A stretch of DNA of 63,845 nucleotides, filler included, from Hyphochytrium catenoides (taxonomy: Eukaryota > Protista > Hyphochytriomycota): assembly GCA_900088475.1 (NCBI GenBank). It is 8 parts of 8 records of this genome, joined end to end, with 100 filler letters (N's around TTAATTAATTAA, not from the genome) between each part and the next. Parts side by side here need not be neighbours in the genome. Positions count along the whole stretch, not along the records: positions 10,660 to 27,219 come from FLMG01001314.1; 7 more parts are not named here. The stretch is one strand, 5' to 3'. The notes under the pieces are model-generated. The model saw nothing but the letters and a program-made list of their open reading frames with translations, did not search any database and was not told where the DNA came from. Shown piece after piece: positions 11,251 through 25,100 of this stretch (position 1 is its first letter; each line of letters opens with the position of its first letter). Made by a program: the position numbers and the translations under genes.

Positions 11251-14200
11251 TGCCGCTATCCTATGTCAAAACACTTGGCAACAGTCCGGCATCGCTAATA
11301 ACAATTGAAAGGAGGCGGAGAGAAGAAGAAGAGAGAGAGGTAAAAGAAGAAAGACGAAGAACCGATGCTGCTGCGGTCTCCCGCTGGGTGGTTGGGTATC
11401 GCATCTCCGACTCTTCATATCGCACCATGGCTAGGTATAATGAGAGAATGTTCCTCCATACAGCTCTCCTATCTGTTTGTCCCACAGGAGTTTTTGCTGG
11501 TGAGAAGTGAACAGGAGAGACGATGAGATAACAAGAGAGAGAGAGGAGACAAGAGAGAGAGAAGAGAGACAGGCGAGAGGAGACGGGGACAGACGAGCTT
11601 TCCATCAAGTAAAGGCGGGAGAACGAGTGGGTTGATTCATACAAAGAGAGTCTGTCTAGCCTAGCGACTCTCCTCAGCCGGCAAGGGTCCAGTCTTCGAA
11701 CTTATGCCTTCTCTAACGGTACATTACTACGGAGCAACAAGAAAAAACAACGAGGCTCCGCTGGAGATAACGAAGAGCGAGAGGGAGAAAGAAGAAAGAA
11801 GCCGCCAGAGAGAGTGCGCGAAAGGGCAGTCAACAAGAAACTGGCCGCCTCAGGGCTCGGAAGGCGATGGGCTGTCTGCATTCAAAGTTGAGCGGTGCAG
11901 CGGGACCTTCAATTTGCTGAACGGGTGAGATGGGATCACTGCTAGAGGATGCGAGAGAGAAGAGGCTGGATGAATGAGGCTTTCTTGAAGACATTTCTGT
12001 CTGTCCTTCTCTTCTATCATCATCTTTCCATTGTCTTTGGCCAAGAAGAGTGACGTGGTGTCGTCGTTTCAGCGTCCTCCATTCCTGTCAGTTTCTCTCT
12101 CTTTTCTTTCTGGGACAACTTCTCTTCCTCATCACTTCCTCATGTCAGTGCCTGGGAGGCGGGTGCAGGGGAAGAGGCGCCAACCAGCTGAAGAGTCGTC
12201 CGCCGTCTCCATCAATCTTTTTTCCTCTCTCTTCCTCCATGTTGGCAACGTGCCAGCAGCACTTTCTCTCTCTTTCTTTTTGGGTCTCTTCTCTTATCTT
12301 CTCCTCGTCCAGCTCTGTCTCCTAATCTTTTTCTTTGCTTCCATCATAAATGTGGGAGACAGGAGACAGAGGGCATCGTCTCTTTATCTCCTTCTTCCAG
12401 ACTGCAGACTATCCATCATCCCTCTTTCTTCTTTCTTTTTTTATAGAACTATCTCTCTCTCTCTCCCTCTCTCTTCCCCATCGTCTTTCTCTCTCTTTCC
12501 AAACTCCGACCAAGAAGACAGACAAAAGAATGCTGCCCAGGCGGAGAAGGATAAGGGACTGATGGGCCTGATAGTGGACCACGAACCACCGGATAAAGAG
12601 ACAGAGGCAGCCTCTATTATAGCGGTTTAAATAAGGGAATGTACAGAAGAGATATTTTCCTCTTACTAGGAAGCGGAGAAGGAGAAGAATAAAGAAAGCT
12701 CAAGCGTTTGGTCTCTCTTCTGGCACGTTAGCAGAGAATAAGGAGAGAACACAGAGCAGAAACGGGGGTGGCAAAGGTTCGAGGAAGAGGAGGAAAGGAC
12801 CCTGTCCATAATGATCATCAGTCAACAATCTGGGATGTGTGTGTCGATCCAAGAAACAAGAACAGGCTGCAAAACACGGTTAAGAATGAGAAAGATGAGA
12901 GACAGCAAGAGGAAAGAAAGAGAGAAAAGCAGAAGAGGAGTTTCTGCTCTGCTGCTGCTGCTGCTGCTGTTGTGTCGGCATCTGTTGGCAAGAAAGCAAC
13001 ATTGAGCACATGGCAGATGAAGAATGGAGGAAGGAGTGACAAGGGGCGTTGCCTCTTGCTGCCATCATCATCCCCTACTAAATGATACTTGAACTGCAAA
13101 GAGAGGAGGAGGAAGAGCAGTGGTTACCTTTTTTTTTTGTTTGCCTGTTTTCGCTGTGTGGGACGCTTGCCTGTCGTCGGTCGATTCAGACCTTATTCTT
13201 TGTTCTTTTTTCCTCAGCTCCCCACCTCTCCTTCGCCACTCCTTTCTCCTTTCTTCTGTCGCCACCACATCATCACTAGACAGGGAGGAGGAGTCCGTTC
13301 AAAGGAAAGAAGAGAGAGAGACTGAGACAGACAGAGCGAGGGAGACAGAAACGACGGGGGAGAGAGAGAGAGAAGAGAGAATGATGAGTTTGGACCCCAC
13401 ATTTTTGCAGCTAATCAAAGAGGCGATAGATGGGGAAGGGTGGAAACCTTTGAATACCTTGCAACAATAGATTTCCAAGCGTTATGCGTATTCTGCTACA
13501 GAGGTATTATTTACCTTTCCATTTGACATGAAATATATGCGGAAATTGACCATTTGTGCGATGAAAGTGTTGGGGGCTTCAGGCAGACAGAGCTGTGCCC
13601 TTCTCTTCTTCTGCTTTTTGAGGCACTATTACCCTATGGTTTAGACAGACTGGAGGAAATCGAGACAGAGGAGACGAGGCAAGTAATCTCTCCTCCTGGA
13701 CTTCTTTGTGGAATAACGGAGAAAGATGGACAGAACACTAGGAGAGAAAGGGAAGAAAAAAAGGGAAAAAAAGAAAGCTCCAAAGAGTCAGCCACCACAA
13801 CGAGGGTCAAAGGGAAGAATAAGAAAACAGGGCACGTTCCCCTTGTGAGACGTGGTCTCTCTCTGAGGTCCAAAGCCCATGGCTCAGGTGGAGAGGGATC
13901 TAGGATTCGGGATGTTAAGATAGAGGGAAGACCTTCAGCAAGAGAGACTGGACGTCCCTGCATGGTTCTGTTCAATGTGGACACTGGCCTCTGATGGCTG
14001 AGAGAGAGGAGAGAAGAGGGAGGTTGATGAAACGAGCAGGAAAGAGAGTAAACAGGCAAAGAGTAGAGGAACTTTCCAGGAGACGACCCAGCAAGGTGTG
14101 TGGGCCCTGATGGCTAGGACGAAGTGTTGCTGCGAGTATAGAGCTTTGCTTCAACTGACAGTTCTAGTGCCAACAGAGCTCACCCACCCTCGGCGGTTCC

Positions 14201-15917
14201 ATCGTGCCCGTTTTCCTCGGGCCTCTCGTCCCTTTGTCATATCTCTCTTCCAACAGTTAAGCTGTACTTCCCACTTGTTGCTATCACTCTGTCTCTATCC
14301 CTCTAATGCCCTGTGCTGCTAGCCGTCCATGTTCTCTCTCTCGTGGATCCAACTCCTAGGCTCTCTGCTCATTTTTTCTAGCTCTTTCTACCTCTCTTCT
14401 TCTCACTCCATCTTCCTTCCTCCTCTTCCGTTTCTTCCTCTCTGTCGATCATTTGCCCTTGTCTTTCGCCCTGTTCTCTTTCTTTGGTCCTCTCTTTCTC
14501 TCAGCCAGGATTGTGCCAGTTGTGGCTTGCTTTTGGGCTTACGTACACTCTCCAAATGTTAGGGCCTAGCCATGGAAATAATTGAGTGATGTCAGTCTTT
14601 TTGCAATTGATCTCTCTTGTGTCTCTCCCCACTCTTTCTCTTTGTCTTCTTTCCCCTCCTCCTTCCAGGTCTTTGTCTCTTTCTCTCGCCCTCTATCTCC
14701 ATTATCAGTGTTCCATGCTGGACCGACCTGGTCTGTCCACAACCTCTGTGCCCCTTCTCCTCTCACAGCACCCTGAGCCCTTCCTGTCCGACCAGCTGAG
14801 GGAGAAAGAGAAAGAGAGAGGCCTGGGGTCAGAGGTCCTCTCGTGGGCCATCTCTTCAGGGCAAATGAGTCCTTGGAAGTTCACAGAAAGAGCCTCCTTT
14901 CTCTCTCTCTCTTTCTCTCTCCCCTTGTCGCCATTGTTGCCTTGATTTCTCAAGATACCTTCCTTCTAAGGTGTCCAGTTGACGAGGTTATCTACCCGTC
15001 CATCCTTGTCAGCGTCACTCTCTCGCACTTACATGCTTACGTGTTGGGCTCAAACTCTCTCTCGATCTGTCCTGTCTTTTAGTAGAACTATCTCTCTCTA
15101 TTCTTCTGTCTTTCATTCTTTCTTTCTGTCTTTCTCTCCCCCCCAAGAGTGTGGGACGGCTGTTACATGGCACCGTTACGATCTGAAAAGACTGAGGGGC
15201 GGCTGGAGGGAGGGACAAAGCGAGTCACACTCTCTCTTTCCTCCCCTCTTCTGTCTTGCTTCTTCCTCTCTCTCTCTCCTGGGTTTGGCTCCAACCTGGA
15301 TTTTCCATCTCTGTCTCTTGCCCTGCTCCTCTCTCCCCGTCTTTGTCCGGTCTCTTTGTACCTTCAGGTCGGGCAGCTCCTTCATCCCCAACCTTTCTGG
15401 GCGGTCCGCCCAAACAAACTCTCTTCCTTTCTTGGACGGTTCTTTCCAGCTCAAATGTCTCTTTCTCCTGGAATCTCTTTTCTCTCTCCTTCTCGAGGTC
15501 TCTCTCTCTCTCCTCTCTCCTCTCTCTCCCTCACAGAAGAGACTCTTTCTCCTCTCGCTCTGCCCTAGTACACCTGTCTGATGAATAGCTCTGTTTCCAT
15601 TGTGAGACAGAGGCGCAAAAACAGCAAGCGAGTAGAGAGTACAGAAGGAAAGTCGTTGTGGATCTGGAACGTCATTTACAAGCTTTCTTCTCACTTGTCG
15701 TGGCCTACACTTCACCTTTGTGCCCGCGCTACCCGCGGCAAGGGCAAGGGCAAGGGCAGGGAGACCGTGAGAGACGTCAAGGGCTTCAGAGAGAGAGAGA
15801 AACTCCTCACAAGCAATTAGAACAAGAGAAAGAGACAAGCGGAAAGAACCGACATAAGCGGAAGAGCTTGATAGCTCTTGACACCCTTCTCCTGACTCGA
15901 TGCTAGTGAGAAACAGC

Positions 15918-18258
15918 ATGTCCGCCTTCTCCTCATTTCCCTCTTCGTCCTTTTCCTCTACGTCCCTCTCTCCTCCTGGTTGCAGTGTCTCTGGCTGTCT
16001 CCGCTACGCCAAAGTACATGGGCTCTGTCTTGATCACCTGCCGCCGCCGCCTCCGGGACAATTTCTTGAAGAGAGAGAGACAAGAGAGGATATAAGAGAG
16101 GGCTTGCCCGGAGAGAGAGAGAGACTTGTTAAATATTATCAGACGATGAACGAACTGGGTGGAAGAATGTTTGTCCCTCCTCCGCCATCTTCTTTCCCAG
16201 TGAGAGAAGAGAGACAGAGAGATGCCGAGGAGCTGATGGATGGTGTCTCTCTTCGCTGGAGCAGCAGGAGGAGGAGGAAGGAGGAAGATAGAGAAAGACA
16301 AGAAGAGAGAGAGGTCCGTCCTCTTCCTCCTATGGGAGGAACATATGGGAGAATGACATCACAGTCTGTGGGCTTACCACCGAAGGTCAGCCTTACTATC
16401 CTCTCTTTATCACTTTGACGGCGTCTCTATCTTTTTGTCTCTTCCTTCTTTTACCTTTCGTGTCACTCTATCTCCCTTTGTATCTATCTCTCTGTCTTTT
16501 CCTCTGCAATGTTAGGTCCTTTGCCTTTTAATATGCGTCCTCTCCTTCTCCAGTATATGTCAATCACATCACGAAGAGTTTCTCTTCCTATTCTCACCAC
16601 GCCTTTCCTTTTTCCCTCCTCCTACTTTGTCTTTCCCTCTCCAGCAATACACAGAGCACTGGGCCCGAGGAGACTCTCTCGCTTCCTCGACTTCTTCATC
16701 ATCATCCTCTCCCTACAGCTACCACCACAATCACCGGCACTTTTTGGTCCCACAAGCTGGAGAGAGAATGAGAGAAGAGAGCTATCCTTCATCTTTGTCT
16801 TCCTCGTCTTCTCCCTCTCTCAATAGTTCTTTCGCAAATGACATGCGCAGGAGACACTCTGAGGAAGACTTTACCAAGCAGGGAGAGAAGGCTCCTCTCC
16901 CTCCATCCGCTGCTATTAGACCCAGAATGGCATGGATTCTCAGTGGCGAAGAGGGTAGAAGAGGAAGTAGAGGTCTGGTGCGAGAAGACAAGGAAGAGAG
17001 AGAGGTTGGTTGGGGCGTCTCTCCATCGCCCCAAAGAGGACCAGTCCCAATGTCTCTCCCTCCCAGACAGCAGCAGCCACGTTACATTCCCCCGCCTCCG
17101 CCTCCCTACTCTTCGTCCCCTCCTTATCCTCCGTCCTCTCTCACTTCTTCCTCGTCTGAGCACTATTATCCTCCTGCCGTCTCTCTCCCTCCGCCACATC
17201 ACTTGGCGCCGAGAAAGAGAAGTTTCTCAGACAGCTATGCCAGCCAATTTGCCCGGTCAGTCGTCGTGCGAGGAGATGAGGAGACGGAGGAGAGAGCCGA
17301 TAGGATAGGGAGAGAGGAAGGGCGATATTTTCCCTATCGCCGACCTTCCTATTACTCTCAGCCAATCTATCCATTTCCTTCGGACGGTTCTCTCTCGCCA
17401 CCGCATTCTCTGCGGCACCACCTTCCTCCCTCTCCTCCTCCTCCTGAGCGCCCTGTGGAGCTGAAGGCGCAGGGCCCTACTAAGTGGCCCAGAAGAAAGA
17501 AGTGTAGAGTGCCGCACTGCCCTAATATCTCAAAGACTAGGTAAGAGCGGCGTCTATCTCATCTCTCTATATCTCTGTCTTGTCTACTCCACCTCTTCGA
17601 GACCTCTTCTTCCCTCTTTATAAGCTCCTCCTCCTCGCTCGCCGATGATGCTGATGGACGGCCTGAGGCAAATGCTAACACTCGTTCCTCGCCCCTTTCC
17701 CTTCTCAGACAACTCTGCAAGCGTCATGGTGGAGGAGAAAGATGCCATCATCCAGGCTGTCTTAATAGCGCTAAGAAGGGCGGACTCTGCATCAGACACG
17801 GAGGAGGACGTTGTTACGTCCCTGCGTGCACTCTGGGAGCCAGAAGAGCAGGACTGTGCGGGCCTCATTTCAGAGAAAGACAAGCAGAGAAGAAAGAGAA
17901 AGAAGGTGGCAAGAAAGACGGAGAGAAAGGAGGGGAGAGCAAGGAAGAGAGAGGGAAGAGAGCAGAGGAAGAGAGAGACGATGAGACTGAAAGTCCAAGT
18001 AGCAGTGAGGATGAGAGAATGGACGAAGAGGACATGACAGTCGAAGAGAAGCACCAAGCGCAGGAAAACAAGAGGAGAGAGGAAGCCGAAGAGGGGAGAA
18101 CAGAGGAAAAGGACGAAACGAGGTTAAGAATTGGAGGAGATAAGAGCCTTAGTAGAGAAGAAGTTGCCGACGTGAAGGACGTCAACAAGGTGGACGATGA
18201 TGAGGGCAGTATGGTTGTCAACAAAGGTGGGAAGAGAGAAGAGCCTGGCAGTTCCTAG
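15918..18258 (+). CDS. WRKY19-type (CxxxGCxxxAxxxGxCxxHGG) zinc-finger repeat protein; exons 15918-16385, 16645-17540, 17709-18258
   Basis: N-terminal CSVSGCLRYAKVHGLCLDH. Spliced C-terminal repeats CRVPHCPNISKTR|QLCKRHGGGERCHHPGCLNSAKKGGLCIRHGGGRCYVPACTLGARRAGLCGPH. Pro/Ser-rich middle and acidic tail. Splice phases 0 and 2 are consistent. Confidence 0.8.
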
Positions 18259-20600
18259 CTCCTCACAGGCCAACAACGAACAGAGACGTTGGAGGTGGAC
18301 GTGCAAGGTCATCTTTGTTGCCACAATTGTGCACTGCTGGCTCTGTTATCTAGGCGGTGATTGAGGATGAAACAGACCGGGAGAGCATGTTTCTCTTCTG
18401 CTACTGCCTGCATAGTTTCTATGTTTATGAATGTATGATAATATATAGACAGACTTCCCTTCTTATGCACATTGCCCACCTGAAAGAGTAACCAAAGTAG
18501 GAGAAGAGTAGAGGATGATGAAGAGGAGCAATGGCCGTGGTGGTGTACATAGGAGGAGGTTCCCCAACCAAGCGACGGGAAACCATTGTGACAAAGAGGA
18601 GGGAAAGGAGGAAGAGGGAGCCGAGGATTTCCCTCCCTCCGTCCCTCCCTCCTCCCTGGTAGTAGTGCGTTTGACATCCTTCCCTGTTGGTGAGGCAGTA
18701 GCTCTGGTCATTATATGGTGGGAAGAGAGAGGGGGAATAGCGCCTGATGATGATAGAGAGAGGAGGGAGGACGGAGCACGGAGGAGGGGAGGAGAGAGGA
18801 GGAGGAGGGAGGGNNNNNNNNNNNNNNNNNNNNNNNNNNNNNNNNNNNNNNNNNNNNNNNNNNNNNNNNNNNNNNNNNNNNCTGCACTAACACACCCCTC
18901 TTAAAGGACCAGAGACAAGTGGTGGGTGGCCCCATTAGACAAGGCCACAGCAATGCCCTGTAACCTATAGGTTTTATTCCTCTGTTGATTGCAGAGGTCC
19001 ATTCGGTCCTCCAAAGCTGCTTCCGGAGGAGACAGAGCAGGCCTGACGAGCGCCACCAGAGCGGTGGGTCGGTCGTCTCAGTGCTCCTGACTTCCTCCGA
19101 TGATAATAGAGGCAGAAGAGGAGGATGGAAGAAGCGCAGTCAATGGAGTTTAAGGACGGACTAAGAAGAGTGTCTGCGGCAGACGCCAGTAACAGCAGTC
19201 ACAAGCGGGCAGCAGCAGCACCAGCAGCAGCACCAGCAGCAGCTAGCAGCAGCACCAGCTCCAGCCACGCCTGTTGGAAGACCGTGATTGATAGGGAGTG
19301 TAAGAGACCCTTCTTCTGCTTCTGGTCAAAATGACCCCTAACAAAGGAGCTACCAAGGGCAGGCGATATAGGAAGAAGCAAGAATCTAGTCTAGGGCGTA
19401 CTAGTCATCATTCCTCGTGATCCTGAGCTGGGTGGACGGAGATAACAATGTCCTCCTGATGATGTCAGTCAATCCATCGTCCTCAGGTTATCATCAACCC
19501 TCCTCTGGCTTTTTTCGTCACGACCGTCAGCTTATAATCATCCACTATCACCGTCTCTTAGTCCTTCCTATTAGCCATATTATAAGGCATGCTGACGATG
19601 TTAGTGTCAGCCTTTGCTGAAAGCAGCTGAAAGAAGATAGCGGCGGGGCGATTTGGCCCCCTCCTCTAAGACTATAGTATGATTTTAGATTACTCGGTGT
19701 GAGGTATCCAGGACCCAGCCCATAGCATTACTGCTACACTACTGCTACTTTGAGGAGCACTACTAGGCCCTGTGTATCCTTTGGTTCATTCGTAACAAGT
19801 CTTGGAGCGAGTTCCTTCCAAGCGCTGAAGCTGTCTTGTATTAGCCAACGTTAAGTTTCGTCAGTAATGGAACAAGTGGGACTCGCACCCTCCTTGGGCT
19901 ACGTACACTGAGTGATGGGGCAAGCTAACAGGCATTGACTGGCAGCTAGCATAGGTCTCACAAGATCTATACCACAAAGCCTCATCATATGTCTACACTG
20001 GCACTTACATGTGCCTCAGAGGCATTGTAGGCCAGTCGAAGATGGGCAAATATGTCCACATTCGTTTCTCTTCTCTTTTCTCCTTCTTCACCTTCTTGCT
20101 TCTCTTTTATTCCTCCTACTCACAACCCTCTATTATGAAGTAGGAACCATGAGTAGGATTCCAGGGACAGTGAAGATGCTATTATTTCTCCGTCAATGCT
20201 CACTCCGCTCAATGACATCAACAATTGTGTCCTATGACGATTAACATTGTAAGATATGGTACAACCTCTCATTAATAAAAACCTTCGCTTATTCTTTCCA
20301 CTCGCTTCGTAAGAGCCTTAGTGTTCTTACAGTCAGTCACCAGAAGTCCTCCTCCATCCTCCATGCTGCAAAGGTAGTTCAGTGGTTGGGGCAAGGACGA
20401 ATGCAACGTTAGGTCAATGAAACCAGAGAGTTACAGCTAGGGTTATGACGAGGGAGAAGGAGCCAAAGACGAGAGAGCACCAGCCGATCGTAATGCATGT
20501 TAGAAGTACAATGATGGTGAAGAAGACGACACACACATGCCGTGCCTATCTCCCGCTGGTCTGGCAAGGATGGAACAGACAGAGCCAATATGATGACGAA

Positions 20601-20661
20601 AGGCGATATGTTAGTAGTGGAACGAAAGAGAGGCGATATGTTAGTAGTGGAACGAAAGAGA
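20601..20661. repeat. Tandem 30-bp duplication (GGCGATATGTTAGTAGTGGAACGAAAGAGA x2)
   Basis: Two adjacent identical units read directly from the sequence. Confidence 0.85.
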
Positions 20662-23600
20662 TTGGAACCGAGGAGTGACAAGGGCAGCAGAGGCTCAGAA
20701 CTGTTCACTCGTCGTCAGAAGGAGAGAGAATGATGGGAATCGATGAAGTGGAGGAGGGCGGCCACCAGAAACACCTCAGACTGGCGGCTGCAGACTTATG
20801 TTACAGAGCAGGATCCAACGGGGAGAGATAATTGATGAGAGATACACAGGGAGGAGGCACCGAAGACGTACGGAGCCAATCTATTCGGTAGATCATTGTA
20901 TGTAGGAACGCATAATGGTTTGACTATTCCAGCCCCCGTTGTACACGTTGTCACCCTGATGATGATGAGAGGCGGCAAGAGGAGAGCCTTATATACCCCG
21001 GTCTCATCAGCAGCAGGATGGTGTGGCCATTGAAGGAGAAAATGAGGAGGAGTTTCCCATGGCCCGGTGGCTACCGAGGCCGCCACAGAGGAAGGAAGGC
21101 TCTGAGGACGAACGAAAGAGTAAGATCTAAAAGGAGAGGCGAGAGAGAGAAGGGATTGTATAAAAAGGGAATCGTAGTTAGCTACGACTCTGTTCATATC
21201 TGCAGAGCCACAGAGTAAGGCGAGAAGAGGTATGATAGTAGACAAAGAGAGAGGTAGATATCGGGCGCTAGGGGACAGAATGATGACGAGATTCATATGC
21301 AGAGTAGACACGATGGGGAGCGCGCGCGGAACCCTTAGACCGACCGGCTACCTGTAGTCCTTAAGAGACCTCTGATGGCCGCAATGTAGAGATGGGGAAG
21401 CCTTGTAGAGGACAAGAAGCAGTGATGTCTCCTGCAGCAGAAAACCACAAATGGGGCGAGGCAGTCTCTGCTTCCATGGCGGTAGAGCACATTCTTCGCT
21501 CCTCAGGATAGCNNNNNNNNNNNNNNNNNNNNNNNNNNNNNNNNNNNNNNNNNNNNNNNNNNNNNNNNNNNNNNNNNNNNNNNNNNNNNNNNNNNNNNNN
21601 NNNNNNNNNNNNNNNNNNNNNNNNNNNNNNNNNNNNNNNNNNNNNNNNNNNNNNNNNNNNNNNNNNNNNNNNNNNNNNNNNNNNNNNNNNNTCTGCAGCA
21701 GAAAACCACAAATGGGGCGAGGCAGTCTCTGCTTCCATGGCGGTAGAGCACATTCGCTCCTCAGGATAGCATAGAGGCCTTTAGGGTTGAACTTGTGACC
21801 AAGTGGCCAAACACTTCCGCCGCACCGCTTCTCTCTTCTTACTTCCTCTTACTTCGTATCCAATCTTTTGGTCCTCCTTTTGTCTGTCTCACCTCTTAGG
21901 GTTCCCACCTCGCAGAACTCCCCGCCGCTACCAGATTTCTGTCTTTCATCCTTTTGTTTCTCCTCCCGGTCGTGCCTCTCCCCTCTCCCGTCTCCATCAT
22001 TAATTCATTCCCCTTGTCAGGATTGAGACGCGTGAAGGATGGGAGAAGAGAGCAAAGGGTAAAGAAGGCAGAACGAGCCAGTGGCTGGCGTCTAGGAAGG
22101 CTAGAAGAGCCAACGAAAACCGAAGCCCAGGGAGAGGGAGGGAATGACCTAAAGAAAGGAGACAGGGGTTAACTACTAATTCCTCGTCCACTAACTTCGG
22201 CGGCATCAGCTCCTCTCCTCTCTTTAGATCTTCCTTTGACCTCGCTTCTTGGCTGGACTACCGTCCTTCCTCATTTTGCTGTCTGTTAGACTTATCCGTT
22301 ATGTCACTCTCCCTCTGGATCGATCCATCGGTCTTTTGCCTTATCTCGCATCACTCGCATCCATAGTATCCACCAGGATGGATCCCCTGGCTCGAACGTC
22401 AGTCTCCTACTCCTTAGGATTCAGCCGCTGCGAGGGTGGTGCGGAAATTTGACAAAATGGAATGATGCTAGGAGGAGGATAACAGCAGGACAATGGCCAG
22501 GAACGAAGCAAGGCAGCTCAGAGAGCAAAGGACAAAAGCGGATAAACCCAACAGATTGCGATATGAGTAAAAAGAGCCGACGAGGTGGTATAAAGAAGAC
22601 TGGGGAGAATAAACCAGTGGGGCCACAGCAGAAGAGAGGTGCTTGTTATGCGTGGAAGACTCTCCTAGGTCACCCAAAGGCACGAATGCACGAAGAGAGA
22701 AATGCCACGGAGACACATCATCCTTCTCCATCCTCCACTCATTTTGCTGCCTTTTTGCCTCTTTCTACATGCGTGGATGTGGAGGAATTGAAGTGGAGAG
22801 GAGGAGAGTGAAGCGAGGATGAGGAGGGAGGAGAGAAGGGCAACCGCTAACTCATCTCAGGAACAAAGCTTTGGACTTCGACAGACCCAGTGCCTGTTGT
22901 GCAGGAGCGACGAGGAACAGCAGGGCTCCGAGACGCGCGGGAGGGAGGGAGGAGGGAGGAATTTGATTGACCCAGATCAGATAAATACCAGCCAGATAAT
23001 GTTAGAAGATAGTTTGATCAAGAGAGATGAAGAGAGAGATGACGAGGAAGAGAGAGAAGAGAAGATTCTAGTACTTGAAGTCGTGGGGAAGGCGGGGGCG
23101 GAGGGAGGGGTGCAACATCCCAGAGAGAGGACAGAAAGAGAGAGACGAAAGAGAGCGAGGGGGGAGAGAGAGAGAGAGACACAGAGACAGAGACAGAGAC
23201 AGAGAGAGACAGAGACAGAGAGAGACAGAGACAGAGAGAGCATGAAGCGCATAGAGTGCTGGCCGGACGATCGTGGAGCCATAAAAGGCAGAGCACAGAA
23301 GAGGGCGAGGACAGGGTGGGTGGGCAGAGGGCGAACAGCGAAGTACGAATCGCTAGAAACGGAGGAGTGGGTGGGTATGAAGAGCATGAGGAAGTTGCTT
23401 GGCTAGCCAGAGTGAGGGTTAACTACTTGTAAGGCTATGAAAGGAAGCCAGCAGAGAGACATGGATATGGGCGGGTGGCGCTGAGTCCGTGGGTAGGCTA
23501 AGAGATAGGGACAAAGTGGGTTCTTTGAGCAGCCCTATAAGGTTATAGGTCAGCACGAGAGACAGGACAAGAGAGGAGATCAGGCATACACTGGAGCAGC

Positions 23601-24679
23601 CAATGAGAGGAAGACAACCCGAGGGGCGCCACTGGCCGTCGTGCATAGTCCCACGATCTTTGAACTTTGAACCCAACAAACTGTCTTCCATGGACAGCCC
23701 AACACGTGGGAATTCCTCTTTCAATAAAAGTGTTAAGGCTGACGACACTTCGACTCCTCCAGTGGCAGAGTTCACCCTTCTCCTCATTTTTGATGCTTTG
23801 GGTCCGTAAGCAGGGAGTAAGCATAATATAAAGCAAGGAAAAAGAGTAGAAGTGGTGGGGGAGGGCGGCCTTTCCTGTTGAATCAGCGCTCACGAAGAAT
23901 CGTTTTTTTTTTGGGTGGAGCTCCCTGGCATTGGTGCTGACTTGCTGACTTGTGCCATTCTTTCGCTTTCACCCCTCAATCACCTTCGCACTCTCCGGGT
24001 TCGTCCAGCCAAGTGACGCAGTAAAGGGCCAGGATGGGAGACAAGCCAACAAGGCTAGAGGGAACGACGCGGCATGCAGTAGTAGTAGCGCCCATAATTG
24101 TTAGAAAAGCTTGTTGACAGTGATGAAATCGCGGCTTCGTCGTATGGGGTTGGATATGGAGGCGGGCGGCCGAGTATGAAGGACGTTAATTCCCGCCTTC
24201 CTACAATGTACTGAATCTAGTAAATATGCAGCTCTACTAGGGGAAGAATTTATTTAGTTCTTTGCTCTAGATAATTATTAGGCGTAAGAGGAGAAAGAGG
24301 GTTTAGAGATGGAAAAGAACTCAATCATAAAATCCTCTGTTGTTGCTTGATGAGGAGAAAGCTCACTACTTCGAAACCACTAGGTCGTCATCATTCTGTA
24401 GAATCTACTGCTGGCAGGAGAGTGGTTTGAAGATGATCGCTTTCGATGGTGCTGATGATGTCTATGATGCAGATAATTGGCCCATGCCTCGTCGTCGAGC
24501 GGAGCAAAAAAAAAGAGAGAAGGGCAACTTTGGGGAGACCAGCGGGATGCGGCGAACTGACAAGGAGCCCTCAGTGCCAGACAACTAGTAGCTGGCATCC
24601 GGCTATTGGTTGGTTGCTGGCGACTGGACGGCGTTTTGATTCTTCGTTACTTACCACTTGGTCAACTTTCGATACTTTC

Positions 24680-25100
24680 TTTCTCCTTTCTCTAACGCCC
24701 TTTTCTTCTGGTCCCCTCTTCCTCTGCCATCAGTTCTGTTAGAACTTTCCCCTGCCATCATTTCATCTTTATCTTCCTACCGACCAGAACTGAGGAACAT
24801 CGTCGATGCAACAAAGAACCTCAAACTCTCTGCCAACTCCTTTTGAGGTTTGAAGGACTATGTTTTATTCTACTCTATACTAAGAACGTTGAAGCCGTCC
24901 AGGAATTTGAACCTGTTATTACTTTTATGATCTGATCATAACGTGGAAAATAAAGTGTAGAAGAAGAAGAGTGTCTACCTAGACAAAGTGGGCGCCCTGA
25001 AAGAATTATCAAACGTTCGTAAAGGAAGTAGGAGCAATTCAATCGGCTTGCACGCCGTAACATAATCTGCTTTACTTATAGGGAACCTGTTGTAAGACCT
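24680..25100 (-). mobile_element. Decayed reverse transcriptase fragment (DIRS/Gypsy-like)
   Basis: In order on the minus strand, across frameshifts: FPISKADYVTACKPI (cf. sK.Dl..Af.qi), YFLYERL (cf. y.y..lpFG), VLCCIDDV (cf. YIDD), KGVR..KKVSK. Confidence 0.4.

Noticed and set aside
13380-13640. Harbinger/ISL2EU-like transposase N-terminus
   Set aside because: Only a vague resemblance (F..L; FLRHY), with no DDE motifs nearby.
19270-19330. WW-domain-like WKTVIDRECKRPFF
   Set aside because: Too short, and no consistent flanking exons were found.
21431-21770. ~80-bp direct repeat (LTR-like) flanking a gap
   Set aside because: Near-identical sequence on both edges of an N gap is typical of unmerged contig overlap. 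A collapsed tandem repeat cannot be excluded.
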